From Camelus ferus (lineage: Eukaryota), in NCBI RefSeq assembly GCF_009834535.1, contig NC_045697.1, positions 94,180,001-94,244,000 on the forward strand: a stretch of 64,000 bases of DNA, written 5' to 3'. Shown one piece after another: positions 1 to 13,260 of the stretch. Position 1 is the first letter of the stretch; every line of letters starts with the position of its first letter. The notes beneath the pieces are model-generated. The model had not been told where the DNA came from and did not search any database. It worked only from the letters and a program-made list of their open reading frames with translations. A program made the position numbers and the translations under genes.

Positions 1-37
1 TTCATATGTGGCAGAATAAGTTCTCTCTCATAGTTTG

Positions 38-40
38 TAT

Positions 41-99
<59 letters not shown>

Positions 100-105
100 T
101 TATTT
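38..105. repeat. (TTTA)n microsatellite derived from the A-rich tail of the adjacent minus-strand L1
   Basis: Direct run of ATTT units abutting the L1 3' terminus (ttattgaagtatagtc). Confidence 0.95.
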
Positions 106-1415
106 TATTGAAGTATAGTCAGTTTACAATGTTGTATCAATTTCTGTTGTACAGCTTAATGCCTCAGTCATACATAAGCATACATATATTCGTTTTCATA
201 TTCTTTTTCATTCTAAGTACTATAAGATATTGAATATAGTTCCCTGTGCTATACAATATGAACTTGTTATTTTTCTATTTTATATATAGTAGTTAGTATC
301 TACAAATCCTGAATTCCCAATTTATTCCTTCCCATCCCCCTCCCTTACTGGCATCCATAAGTTTGTTTTCTATGTCTTAGTTTGTTTCTGTTTTGTAAAT
401 AAATTTATTTGTCTTTTTTTGTACATTTCACATATAAGTGATATCATATGGTATTTTTCTTTCTTTTTCTGGCTTACTTCAATTAGAATGACATTCTCCA
501 GGTCCACCCTTGTTGCTGCAAATGGCATTATTTCATTCTATTTTATGGCTGAGTAGTATATTGTTTAAATATACCATGACTTCTTTATCCAGATCTGTTG
601 ATGGACATTTAGGTTGTTTCCATGTCTTGGCTACTGTAAATAGTGCTTCTATGAACATTAGGGTGCATGGGATGGCTGGATCATGTAGTAAATCTATTTT
701 TAGTCTTTTGAGGAATCTCCATACTGTTTTCCATAATGGCTGTACCAAACTACATTCCCACCAACAGTGTAGGAGGGTTCCCTTTTCTCCACACCCTCTC
801 CAGCATTTATTGTTTGCGAACTCTTGAATGATGGCCATTCTGACTGGTGTGAGGTGATACCTCACTGTAGTTTTGATTTACATTTCTCTGATAATTAGCA
901 ATATTGAGCATTTTTTCATGTGCCTATTGGCCATTTGTATGTTTTCACTGGATATTGCTTGTTTAGATCTTCTGATCGTTTTTGGATTAGGTTGTTTGTT
1001 TTTTTCTTATTAAGTTGTATGAGCTGTTTATATATCCTGGAAATTCAGCCTTTGTCAGTCTTATCTTTTGCAACTATTTTCTCCCATTCTGTAGGTCGTC
1101 TTTTTGTTTTGTTTGTGGTTTCTTTTGCTGTGCAAAAGCTTATAAGTTGATTTAGGTCCCATTGGTTTATTTTTGCTTTAATTTTTATTGCCTGGGTAGA
1201 CTGCTTTAGGAGAACAATGCTAAGATTTATGTCAGATAATGTTTTGCCTATGTTTTCTTCTAAGAGGTTTATAATGTCTTGTCTTATGTTTAAGTCTTTA
1301 AGCCATTTTGAGATTATTTTTGTCTATAGTGTGAGGGAATATTCTAACTTCACTGATTTATATGCAGCTGGCCAGTTATCCCAACACTATTGGCTTAAGA
1401 GACTGTCTTTACTCT
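43..1415 (-). mobile_element. 5'-truncated LINE-1 (ORF2 C-terminus, 3'UTR and tail), relatively young, with TSD
   Basis: ORF 533-865(-) [13 protein letters not shown]...[30 protein letters not shown]...KTWKQPKCP is the L1 ORF2 Cys-rich C-terminus. TSD atagtttgtattt (30-42) vs atagcttgtattt (1416-1428), with a TT|AAATA endonuclease-type site on the minus strand. Confidence 0.95.
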
Positions 1416-1499
1416 ATAGCTTGTATTTAAATTTGGAGAGATGTTGTTATTTGTTTTTTTATGATGTATTACCTCATTTTATCTCTTCCTACTAAAAAC

Positions 1500-3030
1500 T
1501 CTGTTGAGTTTGCTTTGAGTTGATAAATAAATAAATAAATTTAGTCTATAACTAACATACTTAAAATATTTAAAATTCACATTCTGAAGTTTAGTATCAT
1601 CTCTCTCTACAGTCAATTCTTGGTACGTATTCTTTATAAAGTTTTATATTCTTGTATGTGGTTTTGCAAGTTACTTGTTAAGGTTAATCCTGAATTTTTT
1701 TATAGTTATCATTGCTCTTGTGAATGTGTTCTTTTATTCCCCATTATATTATCTGTTGTGTATTATATTTACATATGGGAAAGCTAAAGCATTTTTGTGT
1801 ATTCACCTATAATATTTTGTTAATGAATACTGTTTTTAGATTTTTGAGTTTCTTAGTAGTTTATTTGATTGATCTTTCCATAGAAAGAGATTTGTATGTT
1901 ATTGATCAAATCAGTGGTCATTTAGTCATGATTTTCATTAATTTTCCTTCTATCTTCATTAATGCCATTCTTCTGTGTTTTTAATGAATTTTTGTCTATA
2001 ATTGTACTGAGTTGAATATTTATTTCCTGTCTTTCTTATTTTTAATGAATGTGCTTAAGGGTACATGTTTTCCTCTGGTAAATGTGTTAATAAATTATAT
2101 ATTTCCTGGGTGTCTTTGTACAAACATTACGCTAAGCACTTTCAATTCTTACATAAGGTGAAGTAAATTAAACAAGGTCACCCTTTTAGGAAGAACAGAT
2201 TTGGGATTCAAGCTCACACCTGGCCCGATGTGGAGCACGAGTATTAGACCATGTGGCTTCCCACACACTCTGAGAAAATATTTAGTGGTAGCCATCAGTG
2301 TTGATCTCCTTTTAATTTAAGAATTTCTTTTGGACAAGCATTTCAAATGATTTCCTGGTTATGGATTCATTTTTGTCAGTTCTTTCGATAAATTCAAAAT
2401 ATTATTGCATTGTAATAAAAATGTAGCTGGAATGATTTCTATCTTTTGGAATATAGAAATATTTTATTTTGTCTAATTTTGTGAATTTTCTGTGGGTATT
2501 TAAATGTTACATATTCCATATACGTACAAAGTTATAATTTTTATTTTGTATATATAAAGACAAAAGGAATCCTAATGGTGTAATCCATACCTTCTGTATC
2601 CTTACTTATGTTCTATCTACATGACCTGTTCTTTCAAAGGCTATTAATTTCTTACACTAAAATCATAGATTTTCAATATTTATCATTTTTCAATTTGAAA
2701 TTAAAAAAATAAAAATATCATTTTACTTCTAACAATTTTAACATATTTCAATACTTTGTTGTAATATGCTTAATAGATTATTACATCATCTTGGTTGATT
2801 GAACGTTTTATTAACATAAATATCTCCCTTTGTTCTGTATAGAACTCTTTGAATGGTGCTTTGCCTCTTTAAAATAACTATAATCAGATTTCTATTTGTA
2901 AATATATGCTCTGTATATTGCTTTGCATTTAATATTTTTAATCTTTCTAAGTTGTTTTATTTTAGCTGTGTGTCTAATTACTAGACTATAGTTGACTTTT
3001 TTAATGCAGTGTTACATTTGTTCATTTTAT
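1500..3030 (-). mobile_element. Highly decayed ancient L1 (L1M/L1ME-like) fragments, with a MIR-like piece at ~2120-2260
   Basis: T-rich stretches resembling antisense L1 ORF2; aaggtcac...gatttgggattcaagctc resembles the antisense MIR core. Confidence 0.55.
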
Positions 3031-6000
3031 TAAGGACCCCATTTTTCTACTGGATCCCAGAAAACTCTATTGCAATGTGAATTAGTGAACCTCTATTATC
3101 CAACATCAATTATAAAACGTCTCAAGATTTGCGTATCAGTACAAAACATTTTATGCAATTATGCCTATTATATTGACTGGTAACATGTTTCATAAACAAA
3201 TAAATAACATGGCCAGAATCAGCTTTAAATTCTTGTTTCTTTAGAACATCACAAGCTATTTTCAGCATCAGAGTGAAAGCTGGGCATCAAGCTTTCCTCC
3301 TGAGGCTCATTTTCAGTGCATATCATGTTAGGCCAGGTCCTCAGAATCACATACCCCTAATCACGCATTTTGTTTTATGTGGTCTTAAGTAGCACGTTTA
3401 TCCATAGAAGCCTGGATAAATAATATTACAACAGTGAAATATCTATAGTGTCCTCTGCTCTTCCAAACTAAATTTTGATTAACCTTAGAATGTTTTCAAA
3501 CGTTGAAAACATACAGAATTGCTCAGGAGTGTTTTTGTTTCTTTCTTTTCTTTTTTTGTTAATGGCTGTTAATGTCTTTGAAGTGTTTAGTGTTTCTCTC
3601 TTCCTTGGTCTGTGACATCTTCCGTAGAGCTGATGCTCAGGAAGGCTTATGTGCTCTTTGCCAAATGGCAGTCTGAATTTACGCCAAGAACACTGAAAAT
3701 GTGTCTGCAAGCATCTCAAAACAGTAAGGAACAGAGATATACTGAGTTATTGCATCCTTTCCATTATCTCTTGTCTTGGTAACGCTGATGATAGGAGCAG
3801 CTTTAAAATACTGTGGCATTTTATTTGGGGTTACAAAAATTAATTATCCAAAATGTGTATGTTCTTTGGAAAGTGACAGATGGGATGGGTTTCACATATT
3901 AGGGAAAATGAGGATATTTAAGGTGTTAAAGCTTTGCCATGAATGTCATATTTGGCACACTTGAAATCTACTCAGTGTAACCTATGGATTTTACTAAACT
4001 GTAAGTGTCAAGTCAAGAGAGCTAACAGCAATCATAGAACACCGTCATTCTGTTATCACCAGAGAGCTGTCTTCTTAAATACAGGATGGTGGGTGGTGCT
4101 GTCCTAGTTGGGTGATAAAAATGGTCCTTGTGAGCTACTACATTGTGACTAGAAAATAATCAAATGCTATGGAGACAGAATTGTTTTAAGAACTCCATGA
4201 ATCAGGCTCCATAAATTTGGTTCAGTTTTAATTGTCTGAAAAATGGCAACAGCTGAGCATGCTGTGCAGTTATGAGAAATCAGACCTTTATATTTGTTGT
4301 TGTTTCCATTTTTTTTTTTTTCGATGGTTGTTCTAGGCAATGCTTGTTGAAGAATGTCTGTTCAGCAAGCAGTTTAATAAACCCTCCTGACATTTCATAA
4401 GGTAGCAACGGTTGAAAAGTCAATGGAAGAAAGGCTCCATAGTATAGTCATTCCACCACATGAAGATCGGAATTAAAGCAGCTAAGGTAAGCATTTGTTA
4501 TATGAGTTATGTGGCCGCATCTATGTGCTTCCACATATATACCTTGTATGCATAAAATCTTCCACCTATATTACAACGTAAAATATTAAAAACTAATGAA
4601 AAATGACATTTGCTGAGACCTAGCTTATTATATATATTTTGTAAGTGGAATGAAATCTGGCTGTGCCACAATTTTGATATCAAACTGCCTTTTCTTCCTG
4701 TTTACATTTTGCAAGCACAAGAAGCTTCAGCTGGAAAATTGGCCCCTAATCACAACTTACTAAGCTTTTACTGATATTGCAATAGAAGTAATGGGTTTTT
4801 AATGAGCTTATCCATTTTAACATTTATATAACTTATTAACGTTTTTCTTTTCCACATTTTGTATTTTAACAAAAAGGCTGGATTTAATAATTTTCTTTAT
4901 GGAACTTTTGAATCCTCAGAATTCACTAATACCACGATTCAAGTTATCGTTGATAAATTTACTAAGTTGAGGTAATAACTTAAGTGTTATTGTAGGGCTA
5001 GATGTACTATGAAGGACTATTCATGGTGAAAACTCGTGTCCCACCTGTGGCGTGGTACCTGCCTTACACAGATCTGGTGTAGAAGGGGTATCAACTTTCA
5101 CAGCCACAGAGATAGGATTACTATCTTTAGGAAAGTAAATTTAAAATATTGCATGTTGCATGAATTTGACCTGGAATCCACTGTTAGCCTAATGAGTGGA
5201 TAAACTGTCAGGCTGAGAATGTCCAATGGGGCATTAGCATGGCACTCCAGACTGAAGAGGTGTTTGGACTGTGCTGGTCCTAGAGAAAGCAGTATGAGGT
5301 GGGGTTCAGCTCAGAGACATACGAGAAGTGGAGAGAGACGATGACTGACAAGAGGGTGGAAATGAGGGACAAGGCAAAGGCAGGCAAACATCGTCTTTCT
5401 TATAATATAATTATTTTTGTGGATAACTTACTAAATTTAAACCATTTAGGAAGCTTTCGGTTATTAGTTTATCCATGTGATTTGGGAAAAAAATTATTGA
5501 TCTTCCAGAATTATTTTAAGGAGGTCATAACTAAGTGATAATGGGCATACTTGTAAATTAGTCTTCTTAATTGTCCATAAATTTCTGTTTTTCTTAAAAG
5601 AAATACTAGTCAGGAGACTAGTTTTATACGGATGTGTAACTTTTATTTCTACTGTTTTATCATTTACATGACAACTATATACTTGTTGCCTTGGCAAACA
5701 AAGATGTCAAATATTGCAAATGGTCAATGGAAAATACATTGAACTTTTGCTCACATGTATAAATTACCCCACTTTCACAGTAGTGCTCCCTTGGAAATAA
5801 TTTTTTTTTTAATTTTAAATTGACACACAAACACTGAATTAGTTCCTTTCCTTTTCTCAAAGACCCTGCAAGAAATCCAATAATTTTAGCATGTCTATTT
5901 GCAAAAGTTTGCAGGATGTTATATCATTATACTATTTGCATCTTATATATTAAAGTGATGCAGGCATACAGTGATATAGCAGACCTGTGATCACATCAAG

Positions 6001-6799
6001 GATAAAAACAAAGGGACTTCAGAAGGATGTGTGTCTTCAATTCGAATGTTTCAAGTCTTTTATGCTCAGGGCAGACACATGTACAAAAGCACATATTCAA
6101 TAAGTATGCTATTAAAATACATCGAAAATTACAGGTAATGTTTAGAGGGTAATCCAGACTTTGCAAAATGCCATTCGAATTTTCAGTCCTTTTCCTAAAC
6201 AGAACTATGTAGCCTACTTTAATGAACTGGATGAAAATTTCTAATCACTTGTCATGTTATGGAATAAAAGCCTTTGTGTTAAGCCCCAGAGGGTGAGAGT
6301 GAACCGGTTTCATCAGAAGCCTGATTTTACAGGCCGCTCTGTGATCCAGGTGCTAAAAGGCTCCGGAGCAGAAGGTGGTCAGGCACTGGGGCTCTTCTGT
6401 TCATTAGGCCTCTTACACCCTTTCTTGGCGGCTGCCCTGCAACAGTGTGAGTCATTAGCACGAGCCTGGAATTGTGTGAAGAGAGATCTATGCTTTTGTC
6501 TTGTGCAAAGTCTTTGCAGTACAATCAAATTTTCTACACGGTGTAATTTCACAGCTTGCGCCCTAGTCACTGACAGCTCACAGCACTGTTGTTATTCAAG
6601 GCTAAGCAGATGAGAGAGACATAAACGACTCATCGCATGCAGGAAGTTGTGTCTTCAAAGTAGCCTAATTGTGCGTCTCCATTTAGGGAATGATTCAAAA
6701 CAAATGAAAATTTCCTGACCACTGGAGGAAAAGCAATGCCAAGCGGATTGTTTATATCAAATTCTTCTAGGGTGGAAATTTCCTTAATAAAATATCACA

Positions 6800-8500
6800 G
6801 AAGGAAAGGAAGTAGTGTGAATAATGCAAACGGATTAGAATATAAAATCAAATATCACACCCGGTAGTAAGCAAATAAATATAAATCTAAACAATAATAA
6901 ATATAGCTTAACTCTGCCTAAAATATGGCAAAAATAAAAGAATCTAAGATTTAGTGTCGATGAAAGTGTAGGAAATGGACAACCCTTGTATTTTAGATTA
7001 AGTGCAAATGTCCCAATATATGTTTTTATTAAAAAAATGATACTGTCTTTTGGTTCACTGCCTCTACTTTAATTATCCAAAGGCAATAGGTAATAATAAA
7101 AGATGCACATATATTTTTAACCCGATGTAATACTGTTTTAAAGTAGCAGTAAATATGTTGTGACTTAAAAATAAAAGTTTTAATATTCAAAGAACAGAAC
7201 TGACTTCTTTCCTTATGGAGTGAAGTTCTGTGAATGTCAGCACAGGCGTCACACCTGTAACCACCAACATAAACAGGACACAGAACAATTCCATCACCCG
7301 CGAAACTGCCTTATGCTGTCCTGTATATTCACTCCCCCCTCCTCCCTGAACCTCTGGCCACTACTGTGTTCTCCATCACCATAATTCTGTCTTTTCCAGA
7401 ATGTCATATAACTGAAGCACTGAGTAAGTAATCTTTTGAGACATGCTTCTTTCATTCAGCATAATGCCTGTGGAATTTGCCCAAGTTATTGTGGGTATCA
7501 AAAGTTTGTTCTTTTTCACTTGCTGAGTATTATTAAACTGTTTGGATATACCTCAGTTTGTTAATCGACTCACCTGGTGAAGGCCATTTGCACCTTTCCA
7601 GTTTTGCACAATTAGGAGCAAAGCTGCTATAAACATTTTTGTTTGCGTTTTGTGTGTATGCAAGTTCTCACATCTGTAGAGCAGGTATTCTGAGATTCTT
7701 GAGTCATAAAGTAAGTGCAGGTGTAATTTTTAAGAAACTGCTGAACAATTTTCCAGAGTAGCTGTCCCTTTTTGTATTCCAACCAGCAGTGTATAAGAGA
7801 TCCAGCTGCTTACATCGTTGGTATTGTCAGAATGCTTTGTACTCAGAGGATCTAATAGGTGTGTAGGGGGAGTTCATTGTGTTTTTAATTTTCATTTGCC
7901 TGGTGGCTAATGATGTTGAACATATTTTCATGGTCTCACTTGACATCCTGATCTCCTCTTGGTAATGTGTCTGTTCCTATCTTTTATGCATTGTTTGCTT
8001 GGTTTATTTGTTTTCTTATTGTTGCTTTTTAGAGAGCTTTGTATATTCTAGCTACTCAGATATGTGATTTGCAATTTTTTTCTCCCAGTATTTAGCTTGT
8101 CCCTTTTATTTATTAGCAGTGTCTTTCCCAGAACAAAAGATTTTACTTCTGCTGAAGTCCAATATATCATTTTTAGAGGACCATGTTTCTGGCACCAGGT
8201 ATAGATTTTTAATAAGAAATTTTATTGCATAATTTTATGAAGGATTGAAACAAACTCAAATGTCTAGCAGAAAAGATTAGTTATATATAATATCCATATA
8301 TATGATAAGATCATATGCAGCCATTATAAACCACAATTTAGAATAATATTTAAAAATACAGAAAGTACTTATCAGACAGTAAGTGATTACAAAAGTTATA
8401 TATGATATGTCCTCTTTTAAAATCATATATAATTATATACATGTATGTATGTGTGTGCAAGTAGTATTTATTTGTAGAAAAATATATACTAAATATTAAT
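6800..8500 (+). mobile_element. Ancient L1ME-like 3' region, split by the minus-strand L1 at 7150-8200
   Basis: 6840-7130 and 8210-8500 resemble consecutive parts of an old L1 3' end (e.g. aaacaaactcaaatgtc...atatgcagccatt). Confidence 0.5.
7150..8200 (-). mobile_element. L1MC/L1MB-like 3' end
   Basis: Typical antisense 3'UTR text: acagaacaattccatcaccc, ttttccagaatgtcatata, cttctttcattcagcataat, tggctaatgatgttgaacatattttcatg. Confidence 0.85.
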
Positions 8501-9382
8501 GATTCTCTAAGTATTCGGTCTAACCACCTTACTATTTTTCTGAATTTACTTTTTTTTTTTTTTACAAAGAAAATGTATTTGTTAAAATTAGCAAACAGAA
8601 TTACTTTTACAGAAAATAAATATTTCATGAATCCATATTTGTCTATATGAAATCTGTACTTTAAAATGTATTTGAATGCAGAATCACTGTAGTCATTACA
8701 AATTATTTTCAACTTCATACTTTTTTGACACATTTTAAGTGTTCACTGTAGGTTAGATGTGGGTATCTTAGAATTATTTAAATGGAGAACAGACATGGTT
8801 TACCCAATTTTGTGTATGATTAATATTTTTAATCTTCTTAGGATTGATATAGCACATAATTTTAAAATTTACAGTGAGACATTTCCTGATCTTTTATATA
8901 TACATTTTCCTGGAAATATATTCTTACATGTGGAGCAAAAATATACTTGATGAAAACAAAATAACTGAAAAATTTTCAAATTTGAATTTTTAATTAGTAA
9001 ACTAAGGATCATATCACATTTTTACCTAATATACATTTTAACCATGTATTACTATTTATCCAGTCTCTCTTGAGGTTAGATAGTTTAGAAAGACACTTTT
9101 TAAAATATTGCAGATAAACTGATAGAACTGAATGATGAAGTTATAACTAACAAATACCCTCTTATTCCTAAGCCTCTCATTTCTTTTATGAAATGTATGA
9201 GACAATTAAAGTAATTCTTTCTTCCCTAATGTTCTGCATTGATATTAGCAGTTGTTTAAATCCAAGTGCATTTATACTCTGCTTCTAAGGCAATATGAGT
9301 TCTGAGCAGTCTCAGCCCCAGGAAAATAAGCATGTGTAACTATACCCTCTAATCTAAACTGTCGTCTGGGCTGCACCAATCA

Positions 9383-9415
9383 TGCAATTGTCACGGCAGC
9401 CACTAGGGGGAGAAG
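9383..9415 (+). promoter_or_regulatory. Candidate CTCF site (core plus upstream motif)
   Basis: Core CAGCCACTAGGGGGAGA matches CCASYAGRKGGC at 11/12 positions; TGCAAT starts 17 nt upstream of the core CCA, the usual U-motif spacing. Confidence 0.6.
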
Positions 9416-10884
9416 TTACAAAGTACTGCAGCTGAGACCCCGAGCTGCCTTACTCTAGCTGAGGCTCTGGCATGCAGTGATTTCTGTCTCAGTGTCCTGT
9501 TGTGTTCAAACTCTAAATCATTGACATCCTTAAAATAAAACCCTCTTACAGAGTGTCTTAAACTGCTTAAGTAAATCTGTTCCCTTCCACCTAAATAATA
9601 TAGCAGGGCTTCTCTACTGCACTTTAGAAGTGAGATATATGAAAATATTCTTGTATCCTCCAAATTTTCATGTTCTGAAAATTATTATTTAACTATAGGC
9701 TTCAGACTCCCTTGCCTAACTTGAAATTTAAAACAGGTTATTTTTTTTTTAAAGTTTCTTAAGCATTTGTGAAAGGCAAAGGCTATACTCAGAGGCTTAA
9801 ATTGAGAAACAGAATCAGTGAATTAACAAAAATATGTATTGAATATCAATTCTATGCATAATGATTTGCATATACAATTTCATTTAAAACCTTGTAGAGT
9901 AGATATAATTTCTGTGATTTAGGTAAGAAAATATAAGCACAAACTTGCCTAAGCACACAGGTGTTGCAAATGTCAAGAAATAGTGTCTTTAGTTAAAGAT
10001 GTGCCAGTTGGACTGGAATAAGGACCAGCGTGGTTATATAGTTACAGAATAGATTCTCACAAAAACTCTACTTCGGGAGATGTATTTAGTCAAATTGTCA
10101 AAGTACATCAATTACCTCTTACTAAAACATCTGGAATATTGTTGAACATTTTAGGTCGATAGAAGCCCTTTATTAAAATACTGTATATTGAGTTTTTTTT
10201 AATACTTACTATTGAATTAATAATACATAAAACATATGCACGTTTACAAAATATTTAGAGGCTAATTTTGAAATAGTATTTTTTGTCAAGATATTTGATA
10301 GATAATACAGGGTCAGAATAAGGAGATAGCTGAAAAAATGAACAAATTCCAGAGATATTTTGTTTCTAATTTATTTGACGCTTGTAAGATATCACACTTA
10401 TTCTCTTTTTTTTTTCCCGGACCCCCAGGCATGAAACAACTCTGGCCACCAACCCAAGCATCAAGCTAAGATGGAAAAAGGGCTAGACACCCACTTTGCC
10501 CCTGACTGACAGAAGAGCAGCACCGCCAATCAGGTGTCTCTTTGCCCATCGCCAGGGGGTTACTCTTACTCTTACAGAAGGCAGGGGGAAAGCAAAATAA
10601 CAAGGAGAAAGTAGAAGATGATTTAGGAGAACAGATTATTCATGAAACAAAACTCTGGATGAAGGAGAGGAGGAATCCGGATGAAGCAGAAGGATAAGAC
10701 ACCTTAACAACTTTCTAGGTGGAGAGAAGTTGAAGTTGCATCATCTCATCGTAAGAAGCAGCTTCTCCTGGGTTAATATGAAGTGGAGGAGATTGTGGGT
10801 GGGTGCAAATTTTGTCAAGAGATGTTTTCCAATTTAGAAGGCCATGGAGAAAGTGGCATCATTTGGTAATAAATTTGGAACTGG

Positions 10885-10960
10885 TACTCATTCTTTATCA
10901 GACACATATTTATTGAGCACATTTCATGAGTCAGCATTGGTGAACTACACACACTCTGTT
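10885..10960 (-). mobile_element. L2 3'-end fragment
   Basis: cattctttatcagacacatatttattgagcac is the antisense L2 terminus pattern. Confidence 0.6.
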
Positions 10961-12104
10961 CTCGTGAGTTCCATAGGAGAATGTAAGAACAGAACTTTAA
11001 GGAGTACTCAAGTCCTGCTTTTTATTCATTTATTTTAAATTCAGATGCCAGCTGATGTCGCACTGCCCTCTGAAATGTAGACTGGCTCAGCTACCCTCAC
11101 CCAGATCATGTGGGTAATCCAGTGCTTTCCTGAAAGTCTTGTGGCTTCCTAAGGGATTTCATTCTCTGCGATCTGAAGTTTCAGCTTTTCATTACTAACT
11201 CCCTTTCTCAAGCATTTCTTTCTCATCTGGCTGTTATGTTTTCTTAGTTACCTCACTGAGCCAGACAAGAAACCCAACATGATCCTTGATTTTTATTCTC
11301 TGAAATACTTATATGAGGCATTTGTACACGTGCAGATTATCTGAGGTATTAAGAAGCTGGAGAACATTTACCAAGCAGCAATGCAAACAACGTAAAAATG
11401 AAAATTAAACATACTTTTCCTAAAACATCTATTTACTATCCTGACCAAATTTCCTCTCAGATTCTGCCTCCTGCCTTGTTGCTATGTGACCTCACTCCCT
11501 CCCCCTCCTTTCCTCCTCTTATCCTAACCATTCCTTTGTCTTCCCTTCCCTTCCTTCCTCTCAAATTCAGTGAATCTTTCTGAATATTTTTGTTTCCCAG
11601 GCATCCTAACAGAGCCTGCCTTGGGTCTGGGGTGAAGGATGATGACAAGGAATGGTGATTATTTTTATTTCCTAGGTCTACAGAAAGGCCCTGTAAGTCC
11701 CATAAACATAGCCAATGGTGACTATCTTTCCTTTCTTGAACTCATAACATATTTTCTTGACAATTAATACTGGGTTATTCAGTAGAGAGACCACCTTTTA
11801 GATCTATCACGTGTTTCTGAGTTGGTCAGAGTCCCAGTAAGAAACAAGAGGCATCTTCCCAAGTTGTTGATCTTTCTGGAACATTTCAATACATTCTTAC
11901 TTTACACTGAGCGGTATTAAAACTCTTAATAATGGCCCGCAAGACCTGGGATAATCTTTAACAATGGAGGCTTCTTAAACTTTGGCCTTTTAGTCTCCAG
12001 AAAGTACTAAGTTGCCTTGTTTTCTTCCCACCCCACTCTTCTGGATATTCATTAAAGCTGTTCCCTTTGTTTTAAAGCCGTATCACCGTGATTAAAAAAC
12101 AAAC

Positions 12105-12920
12105 AAACAGAAACTATGGTAAAATACACATGACACTACACTTAGCACCTGAATCATTTTCTTTTTCTGGGGGGAGGTAATTAGATTTATTTATTTTTAT
12201 TTATTTTTAGAGGAGGCACTGCGGATTGAACCCAGGACCTCGTGCATGCTAAGTATGCACTCTACTGCTTGAGCTATACCCTCCCCACTCTGAATCATTT
12301 TTAAGTGTGAGGTTCAGTAGGGTTAAGTGTATTCACAATGCTGTGAAAAAGATCTCCAGAACTTTTTCATCTTGCAGAACTGAAACAATACCTGTTAAAG
12401 AACAAGCCCCCATTTCTGCCTCTCCCCCAGCCGCTGGTGACCACCATTCTAATTTCTGTTACTATAAATTTGACTACACTAGATGTGTCATATAAGTGGA
12501 AATATATAGTATTTGTCTAATTGTGACTGGCTTATTGTATTTAGCTTAATGTCCTCAAGACTCATCCATGTTGCTCTATGTGTTAGAATTTTCCTTCTTT
12601 TTAAGGCTGAATAACATTCCATTGTATGTATATATATTTTGTTTATCCACTGTCCATGGGCACTTGGGTTGATCCTACTTTCTAGCTGGTCTGAATAATG
12701 CTGCCATTGAACATGGGTGTACAAACATCTCCTCCACACCCCACTTTCAGTTCTTTTGGATATTCTTTTGAGTACCCAGAAGTGGAATTACTGGATCATA
12801 TGGTAATTCTATTTCTAATTTTTTTGAGGAAATGTCATACTGTTTTCCATAGTGACTGCACCATTTTACATTCCTCCAACAGCGCAGAAGCGTCGGTTAC
12901 TCCATATCCTTGCCAACAAT
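12105..12920 (-). mobile_element. L1MB-like 3' end, interrupted by a SINE
   Basis: ORF 12488-12739(-) contains MECYSALKRRKILTHRATWMSLEDIKL, an L1 ORF2 terminal remnant, followed by L1MB-type 3'UTR text. Confidence 0.88.
12161..12286 (-). mobile_element. tRNA-derived SINE, camelid Vic-1 type
   Basis: Minus strand reads GGGGAGGGTATAGCTCAAGCAGTAGAGTGCATACTTAGCATGCACGAGGTCCTGGGTTCAATCC (Pol III A and B boxes), then an (AAAT)n linker, CTAATTACCTCCCCCC and an A-rich tail. TSD ctgaatcatttt at 12149-12160 and 12290-12301. Confidence 0.9.
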
Positions 12921-12939
12921 CATCATGCTTTCACATAGT

Positions 12940-13260
12940 GGTTCTATCCCTTTACATCCATTTAAATATTAACACCTTGGAAAAGTCCTGATGATCTGAT
13001 CTAAGGGTGTTGCCCACTCTGCTCAATCTACAACCATTAGGATGCCTTATTCGTTACATGCATAACATTTTAAATTTGTTCCAAGTATATTATTAGTGGC
13101 TCCTTTTCACTTTTGTTGTGTGTTTTTGTTAACAGACTATTAACTCCACTCCATGAACATGTGAGGGTGGAACTGTGTTTTTTTGCCTTCTGCCACTCTC
13201 TACGAGATGGTAATCCTGAAAACATTTATCAATAAGTACTATTTATATACTATTCATCAC
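12940..13260 (+). mobile_element. L2 3' fragment
   Basis: agactattaactcc...ctccatgaac...gagggtggaactgtgtt resembles the L2 3' end. Confidence 0.5.

Noticed and set aside
5035..5055. CTCF-like motifs here and at ~10545-10562
   Set aside because: Several mismatches in the core and no upstream motif.
12215..12286. A tRNA gene
   Set aside because: The tRNA-like head is followed by a SINE body and tail and is flanked by a TSD.
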